In this document: piece by piece, positions 49,953-64,000 of the stretch
How positions within the stretch are numbered: the first letter of the stretch is position 1
Layout of the letters: every line of letters starts with the position of its first letter
Assembly: GCF_009914755.1 (NCBI RefSeq)
Contig: NC_060943.1
DNA length: 64,000 bases
From: the human T2T-CHM13v2.0 reference genome, Homo sapiens
Direction: 5' to 3' (one strand)
Translations under genes and position numbers: made by a program
Notes under the pieces: generated by a model
What the model was told of the DNA's origin: nothing
Seen by the model: only the letters and a program-made list of their open reading frames with translations
Databases searched by the model: none

Positions 49953-50984
49953 GTCAAAAAGCAACAGTTGTTGGTGAAGTTGGGGAGAAAAAGGAATGCT
50001 TTTACATTGTTAGTGGGAGTATAAATTAGTTGAACCATTGTGGAAGACAGTGTGGCAATTCCTCAAAGATTTAGAGGCAGAAATACCATTTCACCTAGCA
50101 ATCCCATTACTGTAATATATACCCCCAAATTATAAATCATTCTATTAGAAAGATACATGCACTTGTATGCTCACTGCAGCACTATTCAAAATAACAAAGA
50201 CATGGACTCAGCCCAAATGCCCATCAATGATAGACTGGATAAAGAAAATGTCATACATATAGACCATGGAATACTATGCAAACATAAAAAGAAATTAGAT
50301 CATCCAGGACATGGATGGAGCTAGAAGCCGTTATCCTCAGCAAACTAACACAGCAACAGAAAACCAAACACTGCATGTTCTCACTTATAAGTGGGAGCTG
50401 AATGATGAGAACATATGGACACATGGTGGGAAACAACACACACTGGGGCCTCTTGGAGGGGTGGAGGGAGGGAGAGCATCAGGCAGAATAGCTAATGGAT
50501 GCTGTGCTTAATACCTAGGTGATAGATTGATCTGTGCAGCAAACCACCATGGCTCACATTTACCTATGTAACAAACCTGCACATCCTGCACATGTACCCC
50601 TGAACTTAAAATAAAAGTTGAAGAAAAAACTAAATCATAGTATTAAAAAGGAGAAATCTTGCAAGAAATAATTTATGGAAACATGAGTTGAAATGCAGGG
50701 TACACTCAGCACTGCAATGTAGACCTTTATTTTGATTATTATCTTATTCCACTTGGCTCCTGGCTTCTCCTCATCCTCTGTTCTCAAGTCGGATTCTTAT
50801 TATTTGGGACTCTGTCTAGTGTTCCCTTGATTGTATATAGTATAAATTTAACAATCATTTGTCACTTTTCTCACAATATGAGGTGAAAAGATTTTGTAAT
50901 AACAGACCACTGCATATTGTACAATTAAGTTTTTTCAACAATTTTAAGGCAGGATTCACAGTAAACACTTTTTTCTTTTAAAAA

Positions 50985-51142
<158 letters not shown>

Positions 51143-51148
51143 TAGTTA

Positions 51149-51462
<314 letters not shown>

Positions 51463-52754
51463 TTCCTAATAAGTTTTGAATTGATCATGATTTGTGATTC
51501 TGCGTTTCTGTGCAGGCTTTAATATGATTGCCTTCTAATTGCTGTAGTTATTTCTTTTATCAGACTTCTCAGGTAGAAGCTTTGCCAAATTTGAAGGAAA
51601 ATTTTTGGCAACCTCAGTATTTCTTCCCATCTCTATGAACTACCAAGAACATTTGTTGGAGTTTGGTGATTTCATCATACATATTCATTATTGGAGCAAG
51701 AGTAACCTTTACATACTCTTCTTTATTGTTGGCCATAAGAATACGTTTTTTGGAAAGTGGTATATGGCAGTATGTATAAGGTACAACTGTTCAACCTGGA
51801 AATCATAGGATAGAAAATTACAACATTAAAACTCTGAAAATTAGTAGATTACATGGATGATGTCACTTAATTTTAAAATGGAAAGAACAAGTGTTCAACC
51901 ACAGGAATTTGTATGAAGTGCATTTATTAATATAAAAACACAAAGCCAGTAAAATGATGACATAGATGTACAATAAAAAGAGAAGAGCATAATGTATGCC
52001 TTAGGGAAATCCTATTGTAGCCTTCATAACAAACTAAGTGTCTTTGTGTTTCTGGGTTTGTTTATTTGGTTATTTTTAGTGTGTATGTACATCATTTGTG
52101 AATGAATATTCTGACATTTTCCCTGGCAATGAGTATTTGCTGGAATTTTTCATTTTATAATTTTATGCATTTTAAATTTCTCATTGAACACCAATTTTAC
52201 CAAAGCAGTTATGTGATGAAAAATTTGAAAAATTATTAATATTAATCACTTACCTATAAGGACTCTGAATAAGATTGCTCTACATTGTCATATGACAGTT
52301 CAAAATTAAGGAATAGGGATGTGGAAGTCATATTTCAAAATAAAAAAATGTATCTGGTCACCTGGATATACAGATTGATGAGTGTGGTCAACTGCCTTCA
52401 TAACTAATGTGTGTGATTCTGCTTTAGGCATAAGTCAGGAAGCAAGCAAATCCTAGTGACAGAAATAATGTGGGTATATATAGTTGTGGAGGTTAAAAAA
52501 ACAGATTCTTTGAAGAACAAATGCGCATGATCAGGGAACTTAACATGACAGCAGCAGTCTCTTAGTGTGTGGAACCAGCTCGGACAAAGAGCTGATTTGG
52601 GTGCTAATTCATAGTTATACACCATGGTGTAACTTAACTGTATTAGGTTAAAAGGCATTCTTCAAAGTGTCTAGTTGAGATAGTAAGCTTTTCATAATTA
52701 ATTTTCTAAATAATGTATTTTCATGATGCTATATTCATGCTGTGCCAGTTTGGA

Positions 52755-53282
52755 TAGTAGATTGGAGGTCCCTAAGACCACCTCTGGGTTCTGTGATTTA
52801 CTAAAATAACTGAGACTATAGTTGTACTTATAACAATATTACAGTGACAAGATACAAAACAGAATCTGTAAAGGGAAATGGCTCATGGGCAGTTGTCTAG
52901 AGGAAACCAGAAGCAAGCTTACCAGAGTCCTCTCTGCATGGTGTTACATAAGACTCAACTCCTCTAGCATTGAATTGTGATACTACTTGTGAAATGTCTA
53001 CAATGGAAGCTCATTAGCAACCAGCAGCACAGGTTCTTATTGAGATTGATTATGTAGGTATGTGTCTAGTACATATCAAGATTCCCAACTCTAAGAAGAG
53101 CAAGTGTTCCAAATAAGCTGCATTGTAGAGTTTAGGCGCAGTGACCACTCCTACCCATTATGGAAAGGTGGTAACTCTCTCAAACCCCATGTTCCTTGAC
53201 TCCAGCCAAAGGCCAGTGTTGCAAACAGCTCTTTTTAAAGTTAGCAGTCTGACTTATGCCTGCTATGTTAACTTTTTGTGCA
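52755..53282 (-). mobile_element. MER77-like ERVL LTR
   Basis: GGAGGTCCCTAAGACCACC...GGAAACCAG..GCAAGCTT...GCCTGCTATGTTAACTTTTTGTGCA. Confidence 0.65.
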
Positions 53283-54369
53283 TGTGGTATCAGAAAAGTA
53301 GGGCCTGCAGTCTTGTGGGGTTTTCTTAAACTATCACCAGATAATAGTTCATCTCTAAGATAATTATTTGTAAAAGAAAATTCATCAGATTACATTTTTA
53401 AATATTTTTATAATAAAAAATACCATAGGTAGGCCTTCCATCTACCCTCGTGTGTGCCTGGGTCCTCAAGTTGGTCACAGGATGATATTAACAGCTGATT
53501 TGTTTTTATTGTTCATATTTATGTCTCACAGACTGCATGAGTATTTGACTCCCAATAAAACTGAATATTGAATACCTAGCTTCATATGTAGTACCTGAGC
53601 TTTTGTGTGGCCAGTATTTCTTGCCACTTCTCACGATGGACTGGGTCTCTTTTATGTATATGACCCTGGCAAGTTCACTATGTTAACTTTGAAATTGGGT
53701 ACATTATTATAATTGGGAATTATTGCAGAGTCTCAATCTCTGTGTTTGAAAAATGAGGGAAGCTTCCCAAGTTATTATTCTCTGACCATATCAGTAGGAT
53801 ATCCATTTAAATGTTTGAGCTAAATGCCACAACATTTGTGTGTGTGTGTGTGTGTGTTTTTTTTTTTTTTTTGATACACTATGACAATAACTTCCTGGAT
53901 AGATTTGTTGTTGTTTTTAATTTTTATAGTAAAAATACACTCATTTTACTTGCAAGAATAATGTCTAGACATTGGAAACAATTACTTTGGTACAGAAAAG
54001 TCTAAAAAAGAAAGTGGAAGATAGGAAGTATGAATATTTTGGTAAGGATGGTTCAGCATATCTATGCATATAGGTAACAATTGTATAGAATTTTACAAAA
54101 CTAGGAACACACTAAGCATACTTGCTCCTAACAGGATTGTCCTAATATGACACTAATGTTAAAGGCTGTATAAATAAGTTGACCTCCAACCTCATTTCTA
54201 ATGCCTGCTGTATCCTGGTGTACTGAATATTAATTTTTCCTTAAACAGTTTTCTGATGATGAGGATCTGTGTGGTATCAATTTTAATTACAACATGCCTA
54301 GACTACAGTCCCTAGTTATTTAATCAAACAGTAATACATATATATATATATATATATGGAAGGCATTTT

Positions 54370-55910
54370 GTAGATATTTAGCCCATAATCAGTTGGCTTT
54401 GAGTAGGGATATTATGTGAGATAATGTCAGTGGGCCTGATGAATCACTTGAAATTATTTAAAAGTAGAGCTGAAGCTTCTTTGAAAAAAGAAATTGCACC
54501 TTTTAGTAGCATCTTCCTCTCGTGGGTTAGTGTTCCATCTGAGCCATCCTGGGGTATAGCCATATGTTTTTTGCAGTTGCTTAGCCAGTCCCACAGTGGC
54601 ATAAGAAAGTTCCTTGCAATAAATCATTTGTATATGTCATATTGATTTTGTTACTCCGTTTCAACGCTGACCAAAAGATATTTTGTTCCAGAAGTGGTTC
54701 TAGAGGAAGAGAATCTTAAGAATGAGTTTTCTAAATCAATTCTGTGTTTTCTCAAATTGGATTTCTCATCTTTTTTAGTTTAAAGGCACTATTGACTTTA
54801 TTTCCAGTGGAAAATAGGGCATTGGTTGTTAAAGCCACGACATGGTGATAAATATATGCCAAATATATTGGATAATCCCAAGCATATACCTATAGAAGGC
54901 ATGATTCTAGATGACTATGAATTTGTTAGTTTCGGACATAATAGTCAAACGAAGGACTATAGTGGTATTTACTAGTTGCTCTGATTTGTGCTTCAGAAAG
55001 TGGGAAAGAAAAAGATGAGGACAAGGCATCAAATTCCAGCTCAATCAGAATAACCTGAAAGCGTCAGTCATTATGCATGGCTTCTTAACCTTGTGTTGTT
55101 GATCTTGGCATTCATAGTAAATAACTTGACAGGAAATCTATTACACTGTTACTTTATTTGTATAGGCAGGAGGATTCTCTTGCAAGTAAACAGAAATCCA
55201 ACTGGAATTACCTAACAGAATCACATCTCCCAAATCAATTCTAAGACAAGTCCAGTTTACAAATCCACAATTGCTTCAATAAACGGGAGGTCAGTTCTGT
55301 ATTAGGATGGACCCTGGTACGTTGCAGAGTGCTTCACAAGGCCCTACAGCCATTAACCCGTGTGACTATGTACTCAAAAGGAGAAATATTCAAACATCTT
55401 GGCAACGACTAACTCCTATTATCAAATGGCACGTTTATATTTTGATGATTGGGCCTGGTGAGAAGGAAGCAGGAAGGAATCTAGGCATATTTGTAAGATA
55501 CATACATACCAGAGGGAAGAAATAAATCTTATAATAATTCATGGGCCTTTCACCTTGGTGAAATTTCCACAAGTTCACTGATGTAGGCCTATTGAGCTAT
55601 CCCTTCTGGGTGTAGGGCAAGTAGAATATAGCCCTTCCTACGATCAAAAAATAGCGTCACAACGCCTAGTGGACCACTGGGGCTATTGTATGCTACTTAT
55701 TCCTCATTGAGGCGTGCTACTTTGCCTATTTTGTGTGACCTGAAAACATTTTGGCTCATCCAAGATAAGTCTGTGCAATGTGTCCCAGCTGCTATGTAAG
55801 TTTCTCTGCCATCAGGACCCTATGACCCAGAAAAGCCAAAAGTGATTAAAATGTTAATGAAAGATAGTGATGGTTGAGCCTTTGGCTGGCCCTAGTTAGT
55901 AAATCAGCAC
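54370..55910 (+). mobile_element. MLT2-like LTR plus degraded HERV-L internal fragments
   Basis: LTR-like end (AATAAATC...ATTGATTTTGTT..CTGACCAA) followed by GATATTTTGTTCCAGAAGTGGTTCTAGAGGAA; pol-like GGTGAAATTTC and GCAATGTGTCCCAGCTGCT. Confidence 0.6.
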
Positions 55911-57061
55911 TTTACAAGGCTGAGGTGGGAGAATCGCTTGAGCCCAGGACTTCAAGACAAGCCTTGGCAACATAGCAAGACCTTGTTCTAAAAAAAAAAA
56001 TTGAGGCGAACAGACCAAAAACTCAACATAAAAATGGGTAATAGATTTGAACAATTTACAAAAAGAAAAATAATATTGACACAGGAAATATGCAAAAATG
56101 TTCTATGTTATTTAAAAAACAAGAAATATAAATTAAAACTAAATTTAAATACACTTCTTACCATTTGATTGGCAAAACTTTAAAAATGTTGTAATAACAC
56201 ATTTTGTTAGCTAGTTTCAAGGCAAGAGTATATTTATACATTACTTCTGCAAATGGAAATGGTACCAAAAAATTAAGGCAACTTGACAATATGCAACAAA
56301 ATTTCTATTAATATCTTCACTTTTCAATCCTGCTTTCTGGGATGTACTCTTCTGATGTATCTTCAACAGGGATAATATACAAATGTACAAGTGTATTTAT
56401 AACAGCATCATTTGTAATAATAAAATATTGGAAGTCACTGAAATGTCCATAAATTGCAGCACTGTTATATAAACCACTCAATGGAATTTATGCAGTTTTA
56501 AAAATAAATTACTCCATATGACATGATTTCCAAGATGTTATTATGTGAATATAGAAGAATTAGAAGTGTACTATCCTAACATTTAAGTAAAAAGGAAAAA
56601 TAAGAAACACATCTATTCTGTTAAAAAAAAGTGGTAATGAAAATAATAAAATTAGTTACATAAAGGTGTTAGGTGGCAACACTGTGGAATTGGTTTAGGG
56701 GTAGGAAGGAGGGGAGTGGCACTTCTCTGAGAATAATATGTGGTAGAGCATTGACTCATGGGAACATGTTGATGACTGACATACCCAATAATATAAAATC
56801 AAGAATGAGATTTCTTTGTAGATAAACTAGGAAAGTGAAAATCATAGAATAACAAATTAACCTAAATGTATTTCAAATCAATAACATAAACAGTCTAAAG
56901 GTGACAGCAAGAAGTAATTTAAGCAACTTATTAAACAGTACAGTGTTTGACTATATATCCTCAGTCTAAAGACAAAAAGAACTATAAAAAATGTTGAACT
57001 CTACTTTTGCATTGTTTTTTACAATGATATGAATTAGTAATTCTGACACTGCATGATGCGT

Positions 57062-58500
<1,439 letters not shown>

Positions 58501-58789
58501 GCCTTTGATGCCAGATATACCCTAATATATTAGGCACAGTTTCCTGCCTACTACGATTGAGCGTGTCAATAAATTTTTATCTCTTGGGAGGGCAGAACAG
58601 AGCAAGGATACAGCTGTAACTGGTTTAGAAATAGCAGTCACTCAGTTTTCAGAGAAGTGTTCCTCATACTGTGGTTGGCACAGTCACTTTATCTAAAGAA
58701 AACCATGAAAAGTATTCTTTTTTAGTTTAGAAAAATTGATATAGAACATGAGACTCCATTTTTTTAAAATAAAAATATAGGTTGATAGG

Positions 58790-59090
58790 CCAGAATTCAC
58801 AGGTCCACCTGCCTGAGCCAAAATTCTCACGCCTCCACAGAGCAAATGGACTCCATTTCCCAAGATACCAGCGAAACGCCTGCGGGAGTCTAATTGCCCG
58901 GTCGATGCGCAGGAAATTTGGCTCCCGCAGGCGTTTCGCGAGTAGCTTGGGAGGCGTGGGAATTTTGGCCCAGGCAGGAGGACCTGTGAATTCTGGGAAG
59001 TGGAGTCCATTTGCTCTGTGGAGTCGTGGGAACTTTGGCTCAGGCAGGCGGATTCGGGGGATTCTGGGAAGTGTAGTCCAGACGCCTGTG
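58790..59090. repeat. Imperfect inverted repeat plus 70-bp tandem duplication
   Basis: 58859-58895 pairs with 58915-58951; 58790-58836 pairs with about 58950-58996; tandem units start at 58950 and 59020. Confidence 0.9.
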
Positions 59091-59830
59091 GCATCATCGA
59101 CACTTCCGGTCTCCGAGCAGGACACTGCTACTTAACAAGGTGGTTTGAGCCAAGTATGTGTCTTGCGGGTCTTTGCGAAAGTGAACCAGTTATTAGGGGC
59201 GCCTAACGACCTGGGGGGTCAACTAAGGGGGTAAGAAGCCCTGGAGAAGACCTGAGGTTTGGAGATGCGAGGGGTGGGAGGGAAGTTTCGTTGCCGTCGA
59301 TGGAGCCTTCTGGCGTTGGGGGCTGTACTCAGGTCCACCGGAGGAGTCGTCGGGGGTTCGGGGGGGGCGGGGAAGAACTCTGTCTAGTCTTGTGTGCCTG
59401 TTTAGAGGGTTTTCCAGGTGTTTGACCTCGTTCAGTCCGCCTCCCTCCACTCTTAAGTGTGCGACCTCTTTCTCGCGATATAACGTGGGGTGTTACTTAA
59501 TCTCCCTGTACCTCCCATTGCCGTTTTTTAAATGAGGATTTCAGGACCATCCTGATAGAATTGTTTTAGGAGTTGAAAGTTGTGGTATAAAACAAAGACT
59601 TAACAGCTCCTGTCACTTGGTGTCCTGTTAATTTCCCGCGAAGTGGTCAGGTGCCCGGGTGGGGTCAGAGCTCCAGCTGCTCCGGCCCTTCTCTTGGAGC
59701 CCGGCAGGGCTCTGGATGATCCCGGACGCCTCTGACCTCTTTTTAGGAAGGCGTGGGTTGCATCCACGTTTCACGAAGGGAGAGGAGCATTTAACTTGTA
59801 TCCGGGACGGCGACGCAGAGTGTTTGACAG
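58790..59830 (+). promoter_or_regulatory. ZNF155: CpG-island promoter and exon 1 of the downstream paralog (exon 1 ends about 59139/59153)
   Basis: ZNF143/SBS motifs TTCTGGGAAGTGGAGTCC (58991) and ATTCTGGGAAGTGTAGTCC (59061); ETS CACTTCCGG (59101); donor CAA|GTATGT; homologous to the ZNF221 promoter. Confidence 0.75.
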
Positions 59831-59969
59831 CTTTCTCCTTCCCCAGCCTGACTTTTCTAAAAGAGCTGCAGGGAGGGACTTGGCTACTGAGGACAAAGCT
59901 GTCTACACGAGTGGTCTTTGGCTTTTCTCTTTTTAAAAAAAAGTTATTTATTTTGTTAGTCTGTTTTTA

Positions 59970-60268
59970 TTATTGTTATTATTTGAGAATGAGGTTTGCT
60001 CTGTCTCCCAGGCTGGAGTGCAGCAGTGGCGCGATCTTGGCTCACTGCAACCTCCGCCTCCTGGGTTCAAGCGATTCTCTGTCCTCAGCTCCGGAGTAGC
60101 TGGGATTACAGGCATGCGTCACCATGCCCGGCTAATTTTTGTATTTTTAGTAGAGACGGGGTTTCACCATGTTGGCCAGGCTGGTCTCGAACCTGTGGTC
60201 CTAAGTGATCCGCCTGCCTCGGCCTCCCAAAGTGCTGGAATTACAGGTGTGAGCCACCGCGCCGGGCC
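59970..60268 (-). mobile_element. AluSx
   Basis: Antisense dimer. Confidence 0.95.
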
Positions 60269-60441
60269 GGTTTTTTCTTTTACAGAGATGTTCACCTCAA
60301 CCAAGAGTGTATAGGATGTGTCCTTGGGCATGGGTGTTGATAATAATTAAACCTTAATTGGTAACTTAATTCTAAGGGCTTTATGGAAATAAATACATTT
60401 ACGCCACACCATGGCTCTGTGGAAAGGTATTGCTCTTTTTC

Positions 60442-60745
60442 TTTTTTTTTTTTTTTTTTTTTTCCTGAGACGGAGTCTCGCTCTGTCGCCCAGGCTAGAG
60501 TGCAGTGGCGCGATCTGGGCTCAGTGCAATAGGCCGCCTCCCAGGTTCAGGCGATTCTCCTGCTTCAGCCTCCTAAGTAGCTGGGATTACAGGTGCGCAC
60601 CACCACGCCCAGCTAATTTTTGTATTTTTAGTAAAGATGGGGTTTCACCGTTTTGGTCAGGCTGGTCTGAAACTCCTGACCTCGTGATCCGACCGCCTTG
60701 GCCTCCGAAAATGCTGGGATTACAGGCGTGAGCCACCGCGCCCGG
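60442..60745 (-). mobile_element. AluSg/Sx
   Basis: Antisense dimer; GCTCTTTT flanks. Confidence 0.95.
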
Positions 60746-61357
60746 TCGCTCTTTTCCATTTTAAATATGGGAGTGAGACACCTGGTGCTTAGTTCCCAGT
60801 AGAATGAGGTACAGCTGGAGCTGGAACCTAGGCAGTTTGGGTCAGAGCCTGAGTTGATCATCCCTTGGATACATTTTCATTGAGGTAGAGGAACTAGCTG
60901 GAATCAGGTGGGGAAAGAGAGTTAGGACTTGATTGAAGGGACCTTGAGAGCAAGGCTCATAGACTTGGACTTCTGTAGGAGTCTTTTAAAAATTTGTCAA
61001 CATCCTGTTTCACTTTTTATAAGGATTTTGTATTGTGGAACCATATCATTGTGGAGCATTTTAAAATTAGATTAATAGGAGGAGAAAACATGTTTTAAAT
61101 TACCCATGAATCCAAGATGTGAAGGTGCTAACTGTCTGATACAAGAGATGGAACTTCCAGTTCTCCTCCGTTTCTTTTTAGTCTTTCTCTGTGTCTATTG
61201 TATATTTATTTATAAGCATTTAAAAAAATTGTTATAATATCTTAATGTGTTTTCCCATATTTCTTTAACTATGGAAATTTTTAAATACTGCTAATAGAGA
61301 ATAAACTAGTAAACTGCCATATTATGTCATGCTCATCCAATATTATTCCCATTTGTG

Positions 61358-61657
61358 TTTTTTTTTTTTTTTTTTTAGACGGAGTCTCGCTCTGTCACCT
61401 AGGCTGGAGTGCAGTGGTGCGATCTCGGCTCACTGTGAGCTCCGCCTCCCGGGTTCACACCATTCTCCTGCCCCAGCCTCCTGAGTAGCTGGGACTACAG
61501 GTGCCGGCCACCATGCCCGGCTATTTTTTTGTATATTTAGTAGAGACGAGGTTTCACTGTGTTAGCCAGGATGGTCTCGATCTCCTGACCTTGTGATCCG
61601 CCCACCTCGGCCTCCCAAAGTGCTGAGATTACAGGTGTGAGCCACGGCGCCCAGCCC
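61358..61657 (-). mobile_element. AluY
   Basis: Antisense dimer; CCCATT flanks. Confidence 0.95.
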
Positions 61658-62911
61658 CCATTGTTATCATCCTTATGACTATTTCCTGATAGTTGAAAAC
61701 CTTTCATTTTTATATCATTTCAAAGCTGTAGAAGAGTTGCAAAAATAGTATAAGGAATTCTCATATACTCTTTACCCAAATTTGCCGATTGTTTACATTT
61801 TTCCTGTTTGCTTTGTTGGTGGCCATCAGCCAAATACTACCAGGAACATATCTGTAACCAGAGACGATTGTAGATTTCTGCAGCAAGGAAGCCCACATTC
61901 CATGGTGATCATGGGGTGACTTGGTAAGAGGTGTTTAGAAAGGGCAGGTTATAGGGTCTCACGTAACATGCTAGACAATATTAAGATATCATATTAAATG
62001 ATATTTATTAAATATTAGATATCTGTTTAAAAAACTACTAATTGTGCTTATAGTGTTATAATTAGATAGTGCTAGATAGCATATTCCATAACATCATGTT
62101 ATCTCATATGTGGTTCCATAATTAAATTTGTTCAATTTTTTCATTTATAGTCCTCACAACTATCTTCTACCCTACCCTTTACCCTGACCCCAGTTTAAAG
62201 TCTAATTATATGCATTGTGTTTACTCGTCACATTTCTGTCTTCTTTAATCTGGAAGGATTTCACAGCCTTTTTCTTTAATATATGTGGTATTTTTAAAGA
62301 GTGTAGGCAAGTTATTTTGGAGAAAGACGTTCATTGGGATTTATCTGATATATCTCATGTTTAGGTTCAGATCATGCATTGTTATTGCTTCTGGGCCTTA
62401 TGCATTGTTGGTGCGGATACTGCCAAAGTGATAAGGTTTCCTTCCTATTGTAACATAACAGGGCCAAACGATGTTGGTTTGGCCCTTCATTGGTGATCTC
62501 AACTTCATTCATTTGGCCAAGATGATGTCTTTCAGATTTGTCCACTATCAAATTACCTTTTTAAAAGAAATAGTCAAGTTTCTTCTGGGGAGATACATTA
62601 TTAATGGGCATTCACTCTAAAAATGAACTGCCAGTTCTCCCCCATTTATTTATTAGTTTCTTCAACTATAAATATTCTATCAGTATGGACTCAGTCTTGT
62701 TAAGTTAAATGACATGTAAACTAACAATTATTTTTCCCAATTCTATTGAGGTATTTTTTACGTATCATAGCATTCACCAATTTCAGGTGTACAATTCAGT
62801 GATCTTCAGGAATTTCACATAGTGGTTTTGCCATCATCATGATTCAGTTTAGACCATTTTCATCCCCTAACTGGACTTCTTGTGCCCACTTACAGTTAAA
62901 ACTCATTTTCA

Positions 62912-63040
62912 GGCCGGGCGCAGTGGCTCATGCCTGTAATCTCAGCACTTTGGGAGGCCAAGGTGGGAGGTATAGCTTGAGCTCAGGAGTTTGAGACCAG
63001 CTTGGACAACATAGCAAGACCCCATCTCTTAAAAAATAAA
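62912..63040 (+). mobile_element. FLAM_C/Alu left monomer
   Basis: Monomer; TSD AAAACTCATT.TCA; the site is empty in the ZNF221 paralog at about 37250. Confidence 0.9.
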
Positions 63041-63451
63041 AACTCATTCTCACCTCAAATCTGGAGCAACCACTAACTTATATTCTCTCTATATACCATT
63101 ATCTATTCTGGATGGTTCATATAAATGGGATCGTATAATCCATGGGTTTTGTGATTGGCTTCTTTCATTTAGCATGATGTTTCCAAGCTTTGGAAACATC
63201 CTTTAAATTTCCAAATAAGATTCCATGGTATGGATACACCACCATTTGCCTATCCATTTACCCAGAGGAAGGCATCTTGGTTGTGTGCAGTTTGGGTTTA
63301 TTATGAATAATGCTGCTGTGATCATTCATGGGCTAATTCACAACACACATCTCTCTTTTTCTGCAGACTGTGGCACGTTTCAGGCAGGATTCCTCCTTCA
63401 TTCAAACTGCATCACCCAGGAGTCTGCAAATTCCCCAAAGTAGGAGGAAAA

Positions 63452-63466
63452 ATGACCACATTCAAG
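63452..63466 (+). CDS. ZNF155: First coding exon (MTTFK) of the KRAB-ZNF paralog; exon starts at 63367 or 63384; gene continues beyond the window
   Basis: ATGACCACATTCAAG|GTGAGG, paralogous to ZNF221 37721-37735; acceptors CTGCAG| and TTTCAG|. Name inferred from cluster order. Confidence 0.8.
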
Positions 63467-64000
63467 GTGAGGGGGGCGTGCCTCTCTCGCTGTTAAAATT
63501 CCATGTCACTACTCATATTTTCATGTGTTTTTCTCTGTCATGAGAAGACTCAAGGGGAAAACAGGCATTTGGGGACCTGTTTGTGCCAGGTGCTTCCTTT
63601 ATCTCTTTTGTGTTGACTGCATTTGGTTTTTGGTTTTGCTTTGTTTTGTTTTGTTACCATTATTTATTTTATGGAGTATGAAAATTAGTAGAAATGAACA
63701 GTGCTCCCACTTCCTTACCTCCCCTCTCTCAAATTATCTGTTTTTATCTTCTCTGCTGTTCGTCATGTACATTTGTAACTGTATTTGTATTGATGATATA
63801 CATCTAATTGTAAACTGTGCTCTTTTTATATGTTATATAATCTTCCATTTTTATGGTTACATCATATTCCTATTACATTGATGTATCTTTTTATTTATAA
63901 CTACCTCACGCTCATAGACATATTTTAAGCAACACTGCAGTGACAGCTTTCCTATACATAACCTTTTCCCACAAAATTAATTTTGAAAACCATATGCCAT

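Noticed and set aside
58790-59090. Repeat-spacer appearance suggesting CRISPR or an RNA gene
   Set aside because: Eukaryotic context, only 2-3 contiguous units, no unique spacers and no recognisable RNA-family motif.
58693-59206. Overlapping 117-136 aa ORFs on both strands with repeated peptides
   Set aside because: A by-product of the GC-rich palindromic promoter; no splice or domain support.
59352-59372. G-rich run (possible G-quadruplex) and TCTCGCGATA BANP-like site at 59471
   Set aside because: Common in CpG islands, imperfect matches, and cannot be supported from sequence alone.

Overview
Primate, almost certainly human, genomic DNA from a tandem KRAB zinc-finger gene cluster. I recognise it as the 19q13.31 ZNF45-ZNF221-ZNF155 region. 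The window holds three genes. (1) A CpG-island promoter and candidate non-coding 5' exons of a minus-strand gene, likely ZNF45, with its start near 10.2 kb. (2) A complete plus-strand KRAB-C2H2 gene, ZNF221: 4 coding exons of 81+127+93+1553 nt give 617 aa with 15 fingers, and finger 4 carries Cys->Arg. (3) The promoter, exon 1 and ATG exon of a tandem paralog, likely ZNF155. Most of the rest is Alu, L1, LTR/ERV and DNA-transposon debris, so nearly all short ORFs in the track are repeat artefacts. I found no new biological system. The most unusual structures are: an ERV-L/MER21-like element in ZNF221 intron 1 whose 3' LTR ends in a poly(A) tail (a possible L1-retroposed ERV mRNA); a long imperfect palindrome plus 70-bp tandem repeat built from the ZNF143-motif unit in the ZNF155 promoter; a 22-aa ZNF221 N-terminal extension corresponding to paralog 5' UTR; about 1.2 kb of decayed zinc fingers after a frameshift; a near-pristine AluY(c1-like) insertion; and a template-switch scar. 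Repeat subfamily names and the ZNF45/ZNF155 identities come from memory and were not verified by search.
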